From: Sulfurovum sp. 16-42-52
GTDB taxonomy: Bacteria > Campylobacterota > Campylobacteria > Campylobacterales > Sulfurovaceae
Direction of reading: 5' to 3'
DNA: 64,000 nt
Assembly: GCA_002281755.1 (NCBI GenBank)
Contig: NCHB01000010.1
Span: 6,644-70,643, forward strand
Of this stretch, positions 45,001 through 55,124 are shown in pieces. The notes under the pieces were generated by a model. The model was not told where the DNA came from. It saw only the letters and a list, made by a program, of their open reading frames with translations, and did no database searches. The stretch's first letter is position 1. Every line of letters begins with the position of its first letter. Position numbers and translations under genes: made by a program.

Positions 45001-47955
45001 ATGATGAATCAAGAGCTACTGCAGGTGAGACTTGATAGACATTTTGAGGTGATTGAAAAGATCATCCTAAGAAGACAAGATGCTGTGACGGGATTGCTGC
45101 CTGCGAGTACAGCTGTCAATGCACACGGGGACTACACCGATGCATGGGTCAGAGACAATGTCTATAGCATCCTTTCGGTGTGGGGTTTGGCACTGGCGTA
45201 CAAAAAGTACAATCCTCTACATCATCGCACTTTTGTTTTGTCGGGATCTGTGGTCAAGCTGATGCGAGGTCTGCTTTTGGCGATGATGCGCCAGAGTGAT
45301 CGTGTGGAAGCATTTAAAAACACTCACAATCCCTGTGATGCCCTGCATGCAAAGTACGGTACACACACGGGGTTGGCGGTAGTGGGAGATGATGAGTGGG
45401 GGCATTTGCAACTTGATGCCACCTCTTTGTATCTGCTGATGCTGGCACAGATGACAGCTTCAGGCTTACGTCTGATTTACACGATGGATGAAGTACATTT
45501 TGTTCAAAATTTGGTGCATTACATCTCTCATGCCTACTGCACAGCCGATTATGGTATTTGGGAACGGGGGAACAAGATAAACCATGGAACGACAGAGATA
45601 AACGGCAGTTCTGTGGGGATGGCAAAAGCGGCACTTGAAGCACTGGATGGGTTTAATCTCTTTGGTAATACACAAAGCAAGGAAGCAGTCATCCATGTGG
45701 TGCTGAGTGATGTGGCGCGTTCACGGGCTACCTTGCAAGGGCTTTTACCTAGAGAGTCCAACTCCAAAGAGACCGATGCGGCGCTGTTGAGCATTATCGG
45801 GTATCCGGCGTATGCGGTGGAGGATGAAAAACTGCTCAAACGCACACGGGATAAGATCCTCAAAAAATTGGCAGGAAACTACGGCTGTAAACGCTTTTTG
45901 CTCGATGGACATCAAAGCAGTATTGAAGATGCAAGCCGTTTGCACTATGAGCCTTCAGAGTTGCGTGAATTTGAACATATCGAATCAGAATGGCCGCTGT
46001 TTTTTACCTATTTGTTACTCGATGCCCTGATGCGTGATGATAAGGATGCAGTACAGCATTGGCACGATAAATTGCAGCCCCTTTTTGTGGTGCAAGATGG
46101 CGTGGCACTTTTGCCTGAACTCTATATCGTACCCAAAGCCTCCATTGTAGCCGAGAAACAAAACCCCGGAAGCCAAGAGCGTTATGCCAATGAAAACATC
46201 CCTTTGGTCTGGGCACAAAGCCTCTATATGCTTTCAGATATGATGCTTGATGGTCTGCTTTTGCCTGAAGATATTGATCCTTTAAATCGGCGTGCCTGTA
46301 TTGGGAAACAGACTACTGTGAAACCTTTAGTACCCGTGTTGGCTGAAAATGAAGCAGTCAAAGAACAGTTGCTTCAACTTGGTTTTTTGAGTCAAACAGT
46401 AGCAGAGGTCAAACCCCTGAAAATCATGTATGCTTCTGTGCTCTCCGCGGTACATACATTGGTGGGTAAAAATACAAAACTGGGATTAACGGGTCGTCCT
46501 TTTGCCGTAACTCGTACCATTGCTACCTCACGTGTGCATGAACTTATGGGAGCAAAAGTCATCTTCCTTCCTTACTACTTTAATCCCCAAGGATTTTATT
46601 TTTCCTATGACAATACCTTACTTGCAGAACACTTTCGTGCTTCTTTGAAGTTTCTCTGCTCACAGTGGAATAAAAGTAAACAGCCTTTTATGCCTTTTCT
46701 TGTTAGAGAAGCCATGTTTGGCAATGAAGACAAGCGTGCTCTGCTTGACTTGTTGTCTGACATACACAGTGGTGTATTTGATGGTATACCCATTCAAACG
46801 GGCTCAATTGAAGCGATGTTAAGTAGTTCAGATGTGGAATGCATTGATGGGTTAGATGGGTTTAACTTAGAAGAGCATGAGCTAGTCTTTTATACCGAAT
46901 CTGCAGTATTGTGGCATGACTGGTCGGCCATACGCGATTTGGCAGAATCAAACGGGCGATATGATGACCGTTTGGAAGATGTCCTGCTCGATATCATCAT
47001 ACGCCAAAAAAGATTGGCAGTTGGGCGAGCCTACAGTGAAAAAGCGACCTTTTCGCAACCCTCTGAAAGTAGGGCTATCGTGCAAACCATCAAAGAATTT
47101 TGCGGTAACAATAGAGCTGAAAGCACCCTGACACAGGAAATCATTTTACATTTGGGCTACCTTATCCGTAGTGAACCCGAACTGTTTGAGCATATATTGA
47201 CCCTTCGTACTTGGTATTTTATCCAGTTGTTAGTCGGCAAGATAAGTAGAGAACAGCATCTGCCTATGGGGGAAGCGTATGAGCGATTGCTTGGTTTGGC
47301 TCCGCATCTTATCTATAACTGTGTGCGAGACATCTTAAAGTCTTTTTCACAAGAGGTCAAGAGTCTATTGACGATGGAAAATCTGCATTCACAGGGTACT
47401 GCCTTTATTACATCTGTGCAAACTACTCCGATGTTAGATGAAGCCGATGGGGTAAAAGAATGGGCAAGGTGGAGAGAAGAAAGAGGTATGGTGGGGGCAT
47501 TTTCACAGACTTTTTACAAAGATATATGGTATGTACTGCGTCAATGTAGCGCTTTGGTCATCGGTGAAAAGTTTAACAAGCAAAACCGTATGGGCGCAGA
47601 GTTTACGCTAGATGCAACGGCAGGCGAACGCAGTTTTGCCTTGAAGATCGATGCATTACTTCAAAGTATCGCCGCACCCGATTATCGTCAGCTCAACATC
47701 GAAGCTTTAGAGAGTCTGGTGAGACTCTTTAGGCAAAATCCACAGCTTTATCTGCAAGATGATCTTATACTCGATGTATTGATCGGGCATGCGGTACGGG
47801 TTGCATGGCAGAAGCATCATCACGGCAACTATGACGAACACAGAGCTTGGGCATGGGAAGCGTTTTACAAGCTCTCACCCAGCCAAACCGATGAAGCATT
47901 TATTGAAGCCTTTATGTATTTGCTTTTACCACAGGAAGAAAGTATTACCATTTAA
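45001..47955 (+). CDS. GH15-family protein resembling phosphorylase kinase alpha/beta subunits
   Basis: TGLLPAS, AWVRDNVYS, HLQLDATSLY, DYGIWERG, ESNSKETDA, GCKRFLLDG, SEWPLFF, LPELY, PLVWAQSLY. Confidence 0.85.
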   Translation: MMNQELLQVRLDRHFEVIEKIILRRQDAVTGLLPASTAVNAHGDYTDAWVRDNVYSILSVWGLALAYKKYNPLHHRTFVLSGSVVKLMRGLLLAMMRQSDRVEAFKNTHNPCDALHAKYGTHTGLAVVGDDEWGHLQLDATSLYLLMLAQMTASGLRLIYTMDEVHFVQNLVHYISHAYCTADYGIWERGNKINHGTTEINGSSVGMAKAALEALDGFNLFGNTQSKEAVIHVVLSDVARSRATLQGLLPRESNSKETDAALLSIIGYPAYAVEDEKLLKRTRDKILKKLAGNYGCKRFLLDGHQSSIEDASRLHYEPSELREFEHIESEWPLFFTYLLLDALMRDDKDAVQHWHDKLQPLFVVQDGVALLPELYIVPKASIVAEKQNPGSQERYANENIPLVWAQSLYMLSDMMLDGLLLPEDIDPLNRRACIGKQTTVKPLVPVLAENEAVKEQLLQLGFLSQTVAEVKPLKIMYASVLSAVHTLVGKNTKLGLTGRPFAVTRTIATSRVHELMGAKVIFLPYYFNPQGFYFSYDNTLLAEHFRASLKFLCSQWNKSKQPFMPFLVREAMFGNEDKRALLDLLSDIHSGVFDGIPIQTGSIEAMLSSSDVECIDGLDGFNLEEHELVFYTESAVLWHDWSAIRDLAESNGRYDDRLEDVLLDIIIRQKRLAVGRAYSEKATFSQPSESRAIVQTIKEFCGNNRAESTLTQEIILHLGYLIRSEPELFEHILTLRTWYFIQLLVGKISREQHLPMGEAYERLLGLAPHLIYNCVRDILKSFSQEVKSLLTMENLHSQGTAFITSVQTTPMLDEADGVKEWARWREERGMVGAFSQTFYKDIWYVLRQCSALVIGEKFNKQNRMGAEFTLDATAGERSFALKIDALLQSIAAPDYRQLNIEALESLVRLFRQNPQLYLQDDLILDVLIGHAVRVAWQKHHHGNYDEHRAWAWEAFYKLSPSQTDEAFIEAFMYLLLPQEESITI

Positions 47956-47970
47956 AACAAGGATAGCAGT

Positions 47971-48954
47971 ATGATACTAGCAGGTGATATAGGCGGAACC
48001 AAAACCAACCTTGCACTTTTTGAAGCCCAAGATGGCAAACTTCAGGTTGTCGTGCAAAAACAGTTTGCCAGTCAAAAGTATGCCACTTTTTCAGATGTGA
48101 TAGAGGCTTTTAAAAAAGAGTGTGTGCTGCCTACGATTGATGCGGTTTGTTTTGGCATTGCAGGGCCTATCATCGGGGGAGACTGTGAGACGACAAATCT
48201 GCCTTGGAAAATCAGTACACAGGCACTCCAAGACTACTTAGGGATCAAAAAGGTACGTTTGTTAAATGATCTTGAAGCCACAGCCTATGGGATGTTGTAT
48301 GTACCCCAAGAGGAGTTTGTAGATTTGAATCCAAGTGCTCAGACGCTGAAGGGCAATCGTGCCGTTATCGCTGCGGGAACGGGACTGGGTGAAGGCATCT
48401 TGTATGATGATGGCGCACGCTACCATCCCATAGGCTCTGAAGGAGGTCACAGCGATTTTGCACCTCTAACGCCTCAGCAAGATGCGCTTCTTTTGTGGTT
48501 GCGTATGCGTTATCCTGAACATGTCAGTTATGAACGCATCCTCTCAGGCTCAGGGATATCTACCCTTTATGCGTTTTTGCTTGAGAGCGGTTTTGCGCCA
48601 CAACCCCAAAGCATGTTGCATCTTAATGAAGATGAAGACCGCAGTGCAATCATCAGCCAATGCGCACTAAATGATGGTGATCCTTTATGTGTGGAAACCT
48701 TGCGGCTCTTTGCCCAAATCTATGGTGCTGAAGCAGGCAATCTTGCGTTAAAAAGTATGTCTCTTGGAGGCGTATACATCGGCGGAGGCATTGCTCCCAA
48801 GATTTTACCGATGTTAAGAGAGAGTCATTTTATGGATGCTTTTGTCAGCAAAGGACGTTTTGAAAAAATGCTGAGTAAGATGCCGGTTCGGGTCTGTCTC
48901 AATCCCGAGACTGCCTTGCTGGGTGCTGCCTATTTCGCACACGATATGCTGTAA
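47971..48954 (+). CDS. glk: Glucokinase
   Basis: AGDIGGTKT, LLNDLEA, GTGLGEG, SEGGH, GGVYIGGGIAPK. Confidence 0.95.
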   Translation: MILAGDIGGTKTNLALFEAQDGKLQVVVQKQFASQKYATFSDVIEAFKKECVLPTIDAVCFGIAGPIIGGDCETTNLPWKISTQALQDYLGIKKVRLLNDLEATAYGMLYVPQEEFVDLNPSAQTLKGNRAVIAAGTGLGEGILYDDGARYHPIGSEGGHSDFAPLTPQQDALLLWLRMRYPEHVSYERILSGSGISTLYAFLLESGFAPQPQSMLHLNEDEDRSAIISQCALNDGDPLCVETLRLFAQIYGAEAGNLALKSMSLGGVYIGGGIAPKILPMLRESHFMDAFVSKGRFEKMLSKMPVRVCLNPETALLGAAYFAHDML

Positions 48955-49082
48955 AACAGTGTATTCTCTTTTTATACATTCTATTGACTAAAATATAATC
49001 AAGACACGTATTTTTTTGTTATCGTATTGCGTTATACTCATTCTATAGCATTTATCTAACGGGACAGTTGAGGATAGAGAGA

Positions 49083-50546
49083 ATGAATGAGATCAAAAGC
49101 GACTGTGACATTATAGTCTTTGGCGGACACGGTGATTTGGCTTTTAGAAAACTGATGCCTGCACTGTATCATTTGAGTAATAACGGCTATATCGATGAGA
49201 CAAGCCGTATTATCACCGCAACACGGGATGCGATGAGTCTGGAAGAGCATTGCAGACTCACACGCTCCAAACTACAGGAGTTTTTACCCGAAGCAGACTT
49301 TGATGAAGCAAAATGGCTTCGTTTTGAAAAACAGCTTCAGGTTGTGATTATCGATTTCGGTGAAAATGAAAGTTACAGCGGACTCAAAGCGTTACTGGAT
49401 GCCTATCCTCAGAGAGATAGAGTGAACTATCTTTCTACGGCTCCCGATTTTTTTGGTGCGATTTGTAAGTCGCTGAGTCAGTGGGAACTCATCAGCCCCC
49501 AAAGTAGAGTGGTACTGGAAAAACCAATCGGGCGTGATCTTCACTCTTCAAGAGTTATTAACGTTGAGGTTTTAAAGTATTTTGACGAATCACAGATTTA
49601 CCGTATCGATCACTATCTAGGCAAAGACACGGTGCAGAACATCATGGCACTTCGATTTTCAAATCGCTTTTTTATGCCGCTTTGGGATGCAAGTAACATT
49701 GACCATATCCAGATTACTGTGGCTGAAAGTGTTGGCGTTGAGGGACGCTGGGGGTATTATGATGAGTACGGTGCGATGCGTGACATGATACAGAACCATC
49801 TCATGCAGCTGCTTTGTCTTGTGGCGATGGAGCCACCTTGCTCTGTAGATGCAGACAATGTGCGTGATGAAAAGGTAAAAGTCTTACGATCTTTGCGCCT
49901 TATGACACCATCGGATATCGAGCAAAAAACAGTTCGTGCCCAATACACTCAAGGAGCAAGTAGCGGCGAGCCTGTACCAGGATATCGCGAGGGAGAGGGA
50001 GTGAGCGAAAGCAATACAGAGACTTTTGCCGCTATTCGTGTCGATATAGACAATTGGCGCTGGAACGGCGTACCGTTTTATCTTAGAAGCGGAAAACGTA
50101 TGCGTCAGAGAAATTCGGAAATCGTGATCTACTTTAAAGCCGTTCCGCACTCTATCTTTGTCAATCAGGGCAAATGTATCTCGGAAAATAAACTGGTGAT
50201 ATCCCTGCAACCCAAAGAGAGCATCCATCTTCAGCTGATGAACAAGATCCCGGGGCTGAGCGAACATATGCGTTTGCAAAAAGTTGAACTTGAACTCAAT
50301 ACACCTCTTAACACAACCCATAAACCAGATGCCTACGAGCGTCTGCTTCTGGATGTGATTCGCGCCAACCCGACACTCTTTATGCGACTGGATGAAGTGG
50401 AAGCCGCATGGAAATGGGCAGATGTGATCTTAAAAGGATGGCAGGAAGATGTTGTCCCCATGAAAAGCTACAGTGCAGGTACAGACGGACCAAGCGCAGC
50501 CGTACAGCTCATCGCGCGAGACGGACGGAGCTGGCACGATGAGTAG
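49083..50546 (+). CDS. zwf: Glucose-6-phosphate dehydrogenase
   Basis: GGHGDLAFRKL, RIDHYLGK, GAMRDMIQNH, WNGVPFYLRSGK; ATG 49083. Confidence 0.97.
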   Translation: MNEIKSDCDIIVFGGHGDLAFRKLMPALYHLSNNGYIDETSRIITATRDAMSLEEHCRLTRSKLQEFLPEADFDEAKWLRFEKQLQVVIIDFGENESYSGLKALLDAYPQRDRVNYLSTAPDFFGAICKSLSQWELISPQSRVVLEKPIGRDLHSSRVINVEVLKYFDESQIYRIDHYLGKDTVQNIMALRFSNRFFMPLWDASNIDHIQITVAESVGVEGRWGYYDEYGAMRDMIQNHLMQLLCLVAMEPPCSVDADNVRDEKVKVLRSLRLMTPSDIEQKTVRAQYTQGASSGEPVPGYREGEGVSESNTETFAAIRVDIDNWRWNGVPFYLRSGKRMRQRNSEIVIYFKAVPHSIFVNQGKCISENKLVISLQPKESIHLQLMNKIPGLSEHMRLQKVELELNTPLNTTHKPDAYERLLLDVIRANPTLFMRLDEVEAAWKWADVILKGWQEDVVPMKSYSAGTDGPSAAVQLIARDGRSWHDE

Positions 50547-51234
50547 GGTATTGCACAGTTTTCAGACTCAGGAAACCCTGATAGATGCTTTGAGCCAAAG
50601 TATACTGAAAAATCTTCAAGAAGCCATAGAGGAAAGAGGAAAAGCATCTTTGATCGTCTCAGGAGGCAGCACGCCAAAGCCCTTGTTCCAAAAACTGAGC
50701 ACGCTGTCTTTTGCGTGGGAAAAGGTGAGTGTAGGTTTGTGTGATGAGCGATGGATACCCGCTTGGGATGAAGAGAGCAACGAACATCTGGTTAAAACCT
50801 ATCTGCTTCAAGACAAAGCAAGTGCAGCTACTTTTGTGGGGATGTATGAAGAGGGATGTGAGGCAGGAGAAGCTGAAATACTATGTTCCCAAAAGATCAA
50901 AGAGAGTCTGTTTCCTTTTGATGTGCTGGTGTTAGGAATGGGAGTTGATGCCCATACCGCTTCTTTGTTTCCGTACAATGTCAAACTGGGACAGGCTTTT
51001 GATCTGGAGTCTGAAGCGCTTTGTATCGCCATCGAGCCTACAACGGCACCCTATATGCGGTTGAGTTTGACACGCAAGGCGCTATTGAGTGCGCAGCATA
51101 TCTATCTGCATTTTGAAGGCAAAGAAAAACAGGCTGTTTATGCGGAGGTGATTGCGGGGGATGATTGTTATGCCATGCCTGTGCGAACCGTTTTAAATCA
51201 AAATGACAAACAAATAGAGGTGTATTACCGATGA
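50539..51234 (+). CDS. pgl: 6-phosphogluconolactonase
   Basis: VSGGSTP, DERW, LGMGVDAHTASLFP; start moved to 50539. Confidence 0.95.
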   Translation: MSRVLHSFQTQETLIDALSQSILKNLQEAIEERGKASLIVSGGSTPKPLFQKLSTLSFAWEKVSVGLCDERWIPAWDEESNEHLVKTYLLQDKASAATFVGMYEEGCEAGEAEILCSQKIKESLFPFDVLVLGMGVDAHTASLFPYNVKLGQAFDLESEALCIAIEPTTAPYMRLSLTRKALLSAQHIYLHFEGKEKQAVYAEVIAGDDCYAMPVRTVLNQNDKQIEVYYR

Positions 51235-53060
51235 ATGAAACGATCTTAAGTGTCACAGATGCCATCATAAAACGTTCGGCAAAGAGCAGAGCCGTCTATC
51301 TGGAGCGCATCGCACAAGCAAAAGTGCAGGGCGTGAACCGAAACAAACTGGGGTGCAGTAATCTCGCCCATGCCATGGCTCCGATGGATGAGAATGAAAA
51401 GAATGCACTTGCAGGCATGCAAAGTCCCAACATTGCTATCGTTACAGCCTATAACGATATGCTCTCAGCGCATGAGCCCTACAAACTCTATCCGGCACTG
51501 ATTAAACGCACATTTAAAGATTTGGGCGCTACGGCTCAGGTTGCTGGTGGTGTACCTGCCATGTGTGACGGCATCACGCAGTCACAGCCGGGTATGGAGC
51601 TGAGTCTGTTCAGTCGGGACAATATCGCCATGGGAACAGCGATTGGGCTTTCTCACAATGTCTATGACGGTGCATTGTATCTGGGTGTATGTGACAAGAT
51701 CGTACCCGGGCTGGTTATCGGTGCATTGGCGTTTGGTCATCTGCCGGGGATGTTTGTACCCGCAGGTCCGATGCCCTCAGGTATCAGTAATGCACAAAAA
51801 GCCAAGGTACGTCAAGAGTTTGCCCAAGGCAAAGTAAGCGAAGACTCTTTGCTTAAAGTGGAAGCAGCTTCTTACCACAGTAGCGGCACCTGTACCTTTT
51901 ACGGTACCGCCAATTCAAATCAGATGCTGCTTGAAATGATGGGGTTGCAGCTTCCAAACAGCTCTTTTGTCAACACCAATACACCCCTCAGAGAAGCACT
52001 CACAGCAGAGGCAGCCAAAACCATCGTGGGGATGACGAATCTATCGGGAAACTATAAACCCATAGCAGAAATCATTGATGAAAAAAGTTTTGTCAATGCC
52101 ATCGTCGGCTTGATGGCAACGGGAGGTTCAACCAACCATACCATCCATATCATCGCCATGGCAAGAGCTGCGGGGATTGTCCTCAACTGGGATGATTTTG
52201 ATGCCATTTCCAAAGTCACACCTTTACTGTGCAAGATGTACCCCAACGGGCAGGCTGATGTCAACCATTTTAGAGATGCCGGCGGTATGAGTGTGGTCAT
52301 TTCGCAGCTGCTTGATGCTGGACTGGTACACAATGATGTCCAAACCGTTGTAGGAAAAGGCTTGGATGCTTATATCGCTGAACCTACTCTCAACCAAGGG
52401 AGTGTCATTTTTCAAGAGGGAGCCAAAACGTCAAGAGATACATCGGTCATTGCAAGCATTCAAGCACCATTTAGTACTGAGGGCGGACTCAAACTGCTCA
52501 ATGGCAATCTGGGTCGCAGTGTCATCAAAACCTCTGCACTCAAACCCGAACAGTTCGTCATCGAAGCGGAGGCCATCGTCTTTGAATCGCAGGAATCTTT
52601 ACAGACTGCATTTAAAAAGGGTGAGTTGGAAAAAGACTTTATCGCTGTTGTACGCTATCAGGGGCCAAAGTCCAACGGTATGCCTGAACTGCATGGACTT
52701 ATGCCACCTTTGGGTGTACTGCAAGATAAAGGCTTTAAGGTGGCTATTGTCACCGATGGGCGTATGTCAGGGGCTTCAGGAAAAGTGCCTTCAGCCATTC
52801 ACCTCTCTCCTGAAGCACTTGATGGAGGGATGCTAGCAAAAGTTAAAACAGGCGATATGATCCGTTTTGATGCCCAAAAAGGTGAGATTTTACTTTTGGT
52901 AGAAGAGGAAGAACTACAAACACGAAGCATAGAACTACCCGATATGCAGAGCAATCGACACGGTTTTGGCAGAGAGCTTTTTGTCTGGGTACGCCAAAGC
53001 ATAGGCTCAGCTGAAGAGGGTGCTTGCGTGTTTGATATCAGCGGAAAGGAGCGTGCATGA
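51231..53060 (+). CDS. edd: Phosphogluconate dehydratase
   Basis: [40 protein letters not shown]. Confidence 0.96.
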   Translation: MNETILSVTDAIIKRSAKSRAVYLERIAQAKVQGVNRNKLGCSNLAHAMAPMDENEKNALAGMQSPNIAIVTAYNDMLSAHEPYKLYPALIKRTFKDLGATAQVAGGVPAMCDGITQSQPGMELSLFSRDNIAMGTAIGLSHNVYDGALYLGVCDKIVPGLVIGALAFGHLPGMFVPAGPMPSGISNAQKAKVRQEFAQGKVSEDSLLKVEAASYHSSGTCTFYGTANSNQMLLEMMGLQLPNSSFVNTNTPLREALTAEAAKTIVGMTNLSGNYKPIAEIIDEKSFVNAIVGLMATGGSTNHTIHIIAMARAAGIVLNWDDFDAISKVTPLLCKMYPNGQADVNHFRDAGGMSVVISQLLDAGLVHNDVQTVVGKGLDAYIAEPTLNQGSVIFQEGAKTSRDTSVIASIQAPFSTEGGLKLLNGNLGRSVIKTSALKPEQFVIEAEAIVFESQESLQTAFKKGELEKDFIAVVRYQGPKSNGMPELHGLMPPLGVLQDKGFKVAIVTDGRMSGASGKVPSAIHLSPEALDGGMLAKVKTGDMIRFDAQKGEILLLVEEEELQTRSIELPDMQSNRHGFGRELFVWVRQSIGSAEEGACVFDISGKERA

Positions 53061-53698
53061 CAGCCAAAGAAGTGATGCAAATCTCACCCATCGTCCCCGT
53101 CATCGCTTTAGAAAAAGTGGAGGATGCTTTGGCGCTTGCTGAAGCGTTGCTTGAAGGTGGTATAAGCGTGATGGAAGTCACACTTCGCACCGATGCAGGA
53201 CTCAAAGCCATAGAAGCCATAGCGAAGTCCATGCCGCAGATGCATGTGGGTGCAGGAACAGTACTCAATGCAAATGACATGAAAGCCGCACTGTTGCATG
53301 GGTCGCAGTTTGTCTTTAGTCCGGGTATCTCTGAAGAACTGATGCGGGCTTCTAGGGAGATGGACATCACACTCATTCCCGGTGTAGCGACGGCGTCTGA
53401 AGTGATGCTGGCTAAAAATCATGGATTTGAGCACTGTAAACTCTTTCCCGCTACGCTGGCTGGCGGGGTTGAAGCCCTCAAAGCGTTTGGCGGGCCTTTT
53501 GCTTCTATGCGATTTTGTCCCACAGGAGGGGTAGGTCTCGCCAATCTCAATGACTTTTTGGCACTTCCCAATGTGCTGTGCGTAGGCGGAAGCTGGATAG
53601 TACCCAAAACATCCATAGACAACAAAGATTTTAAGCACATCACAAGACTCTGCAAAGAGGCACTGCAGACAATTCAATCAACAAAGGTGACAGTATGA
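53057..53698 (+). CDS. eda: KDPG/KHG aldolase
   Basis: EVTLRT, VGAGTV, FSPG, KLFPA, FCPTGG. Confidence 0.96.
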   Translation: MTAKEVMQISPIVPVIALEKVEDALALAEALLEGGISVMEVTLRTDAGLKAIEAIAKSMPQMHVGAGTVLNANDMKAALLHGSQFVFSPGISEELMRASREMDITLIPGVATASEVMLAKNHGFEHCKLFPATLAGGVEALKAFGGPFASMRFCPTGGVGLANLNDFLALPNVLCVGGSWIVPKTSIDNKDFKHITRLCKEALQTIQSTKVTV

Positions 53699-54906
53699 AA
53701 AACAAACTCTATTTCAATGCCAACAATACAAAGGAGGAGCAAAGAGCGTTTGAAGCCATCGTGAAAGAACAGGAAACAGTCGGGTATTATGCCTTGCCAA
53801 ATCAGGATGTGAGCCCTATACTGGAGTATTGCAACACCATTTCGCAGGATGTAACCACCATCGCAGTCATCGGCATCGGTGGGAGTTCTTTGGGTGCCAA
53901 AGCGGTGTATGAGTTTATGAAACCGGTTAAAGAACTAAGCAGAAAACTCTATTTTTTTGAAAGTACCGATCCTATCAACATCACTGATTTGCTCTCTAAG
54001 TTTGATGTTAAAACCACCCATTTTTTGGTCATCTCCAAGTCAGGTAGCACGGTGGAGACTTTTTCTATTTATAAATATATCTATTCCTTGCAAAGTGACC
54101 CCTCTGCCTATACCTTCATCACCGACCCAGGGTCTCCGCTTGAAAAGTATGCGCAGTCCATCAAAGCTTCAGTGCTGCATCTGCCCGATAATGTAGGCGG
54201 TAGATTTTCAGTACTCTCAAGCGTAGGACTTGTACCACTCGCACTATGCGGCATCGATATCATCTCTTTACTAGCAGGTGCAAAAAAGATAAAAAGCAGT
54301 TTTTTTGACAATGGTTATACACAGGACATGCTTCTAAATAAAGCCGTCTACTACGCCAAAAACCACGCACAGTACAACATCAACTGTATCTTTGCTTATT
54401 CTGAAACACTCAAGTATTTTTGTCAGTGGTATGTACAGCTGTGGGGGGAGAGTCTGGGTAAACACCAGCGTCACAGTGCTTTTCATGTAGGTCTTACTCC
54501 TATCGGTCTCATCGGACCCAAAGACCAGCACTCCTTTTTACAGCTCATCATGGAAGGCACAAGAGACAAGTCTGTGACGTTTATCAAGATTGAAGATTTT
54601 CATGAAGATATCGTCATCCCTGACATCACCCTGCCACATCTTGAGATGCTCGACACACTCAATAACCTGCCATTCTCAAAACTCATCAATATGCAGTGTG
54701 ACTCAGTCGTAGAAGCCTTGCTGGATCAAGAGAGTATCCCACTCGATACCATCACCCTGCAAAGTGTCACAGAGGACAACATCGGATCGTTGATATTTTA
54801 CTACGAACTGCTGACTTCTTTGGTAGGAGAACTTATCGATGTGAACACCTATGACCAGCCAGGGGTGGAAGCGGGCAAGATTATTTTGAAGAAAAAACTG
54901 GGGTAA
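53695..54906 (+). CDS. pgi: Glucose-6-phosphate isomerase
   Basis: GIGGSSLG, SKSGSTVET, VGGRFSVLS, QLWGESLGK, YDQPGVEAGK. Confidence 0.95.
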   Translation: MKNKLYFNANNTKEEQRAFEAIVKEQETVGYYALPNQDVSPILEYCNTISQDVTTIAVIGIGGSSLGAKAVYEFMKPVKELSRKLYFFESTDPINITDLLSKFDVKTTHFLVISKSGSTVETFSIYKYIYSLQSDPSAYTFITDPGSPLEKYAQSIKASVLHLPDNVGGRFSVLSSVGLVPLALCGIDIISLLAGAKKIKSSFFDNGYTQDMLLNKAVYYAKNHAQYNINCIFAYSETLKYFCQWYVQLWGESLGKHQRHSAFHVGLTPIGLIGPKDQHSFLQLIMEGTRDKSVTFIKIEDFHEDIVIPDITLPHLEMLDTLNNLPFSKLINMQCDSVVEALLDQESIPLDTITLQSVTEDNIGSLIFYYELLTSLVGELIDVNTYDQPGVEAGKIILKKKLG

Positions 54907-54955
54907 GGCAGGTCATCAGAAATTACCAAACGCTTACTTCTCACATCACCCCTTT

Positions 54956-54984
54956 CCACTAGCCCTTTGTCTAGTGGGTTTTTC
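54956..54984 (+). terminator. Rho-independent terminator ending the ED operon
   Basis: CCACTAG-ccctttgt-CTAGTGG followed by GTTTTT. Confidence 0.7.
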
Positions 54985-55124
54985 TATGCTTTTTTCGCTA
55001 AAATACCCGATTGTTAAGAGCGTAGAGGATTGTTGTGGTATTGATAACTGTACCCACCGTAACGACTCACAAATCAAAGCCATTCAAATAAAATATTAAA
55101 AAATATATAAACCAAAGGTTTCGT

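Noticed and set aside
54990-55110. Possible small RNA between pgi and dctQM
   Set aside because: Only weak imperfect pairing is present, and the region is explained by the dctQM promoter and leader.
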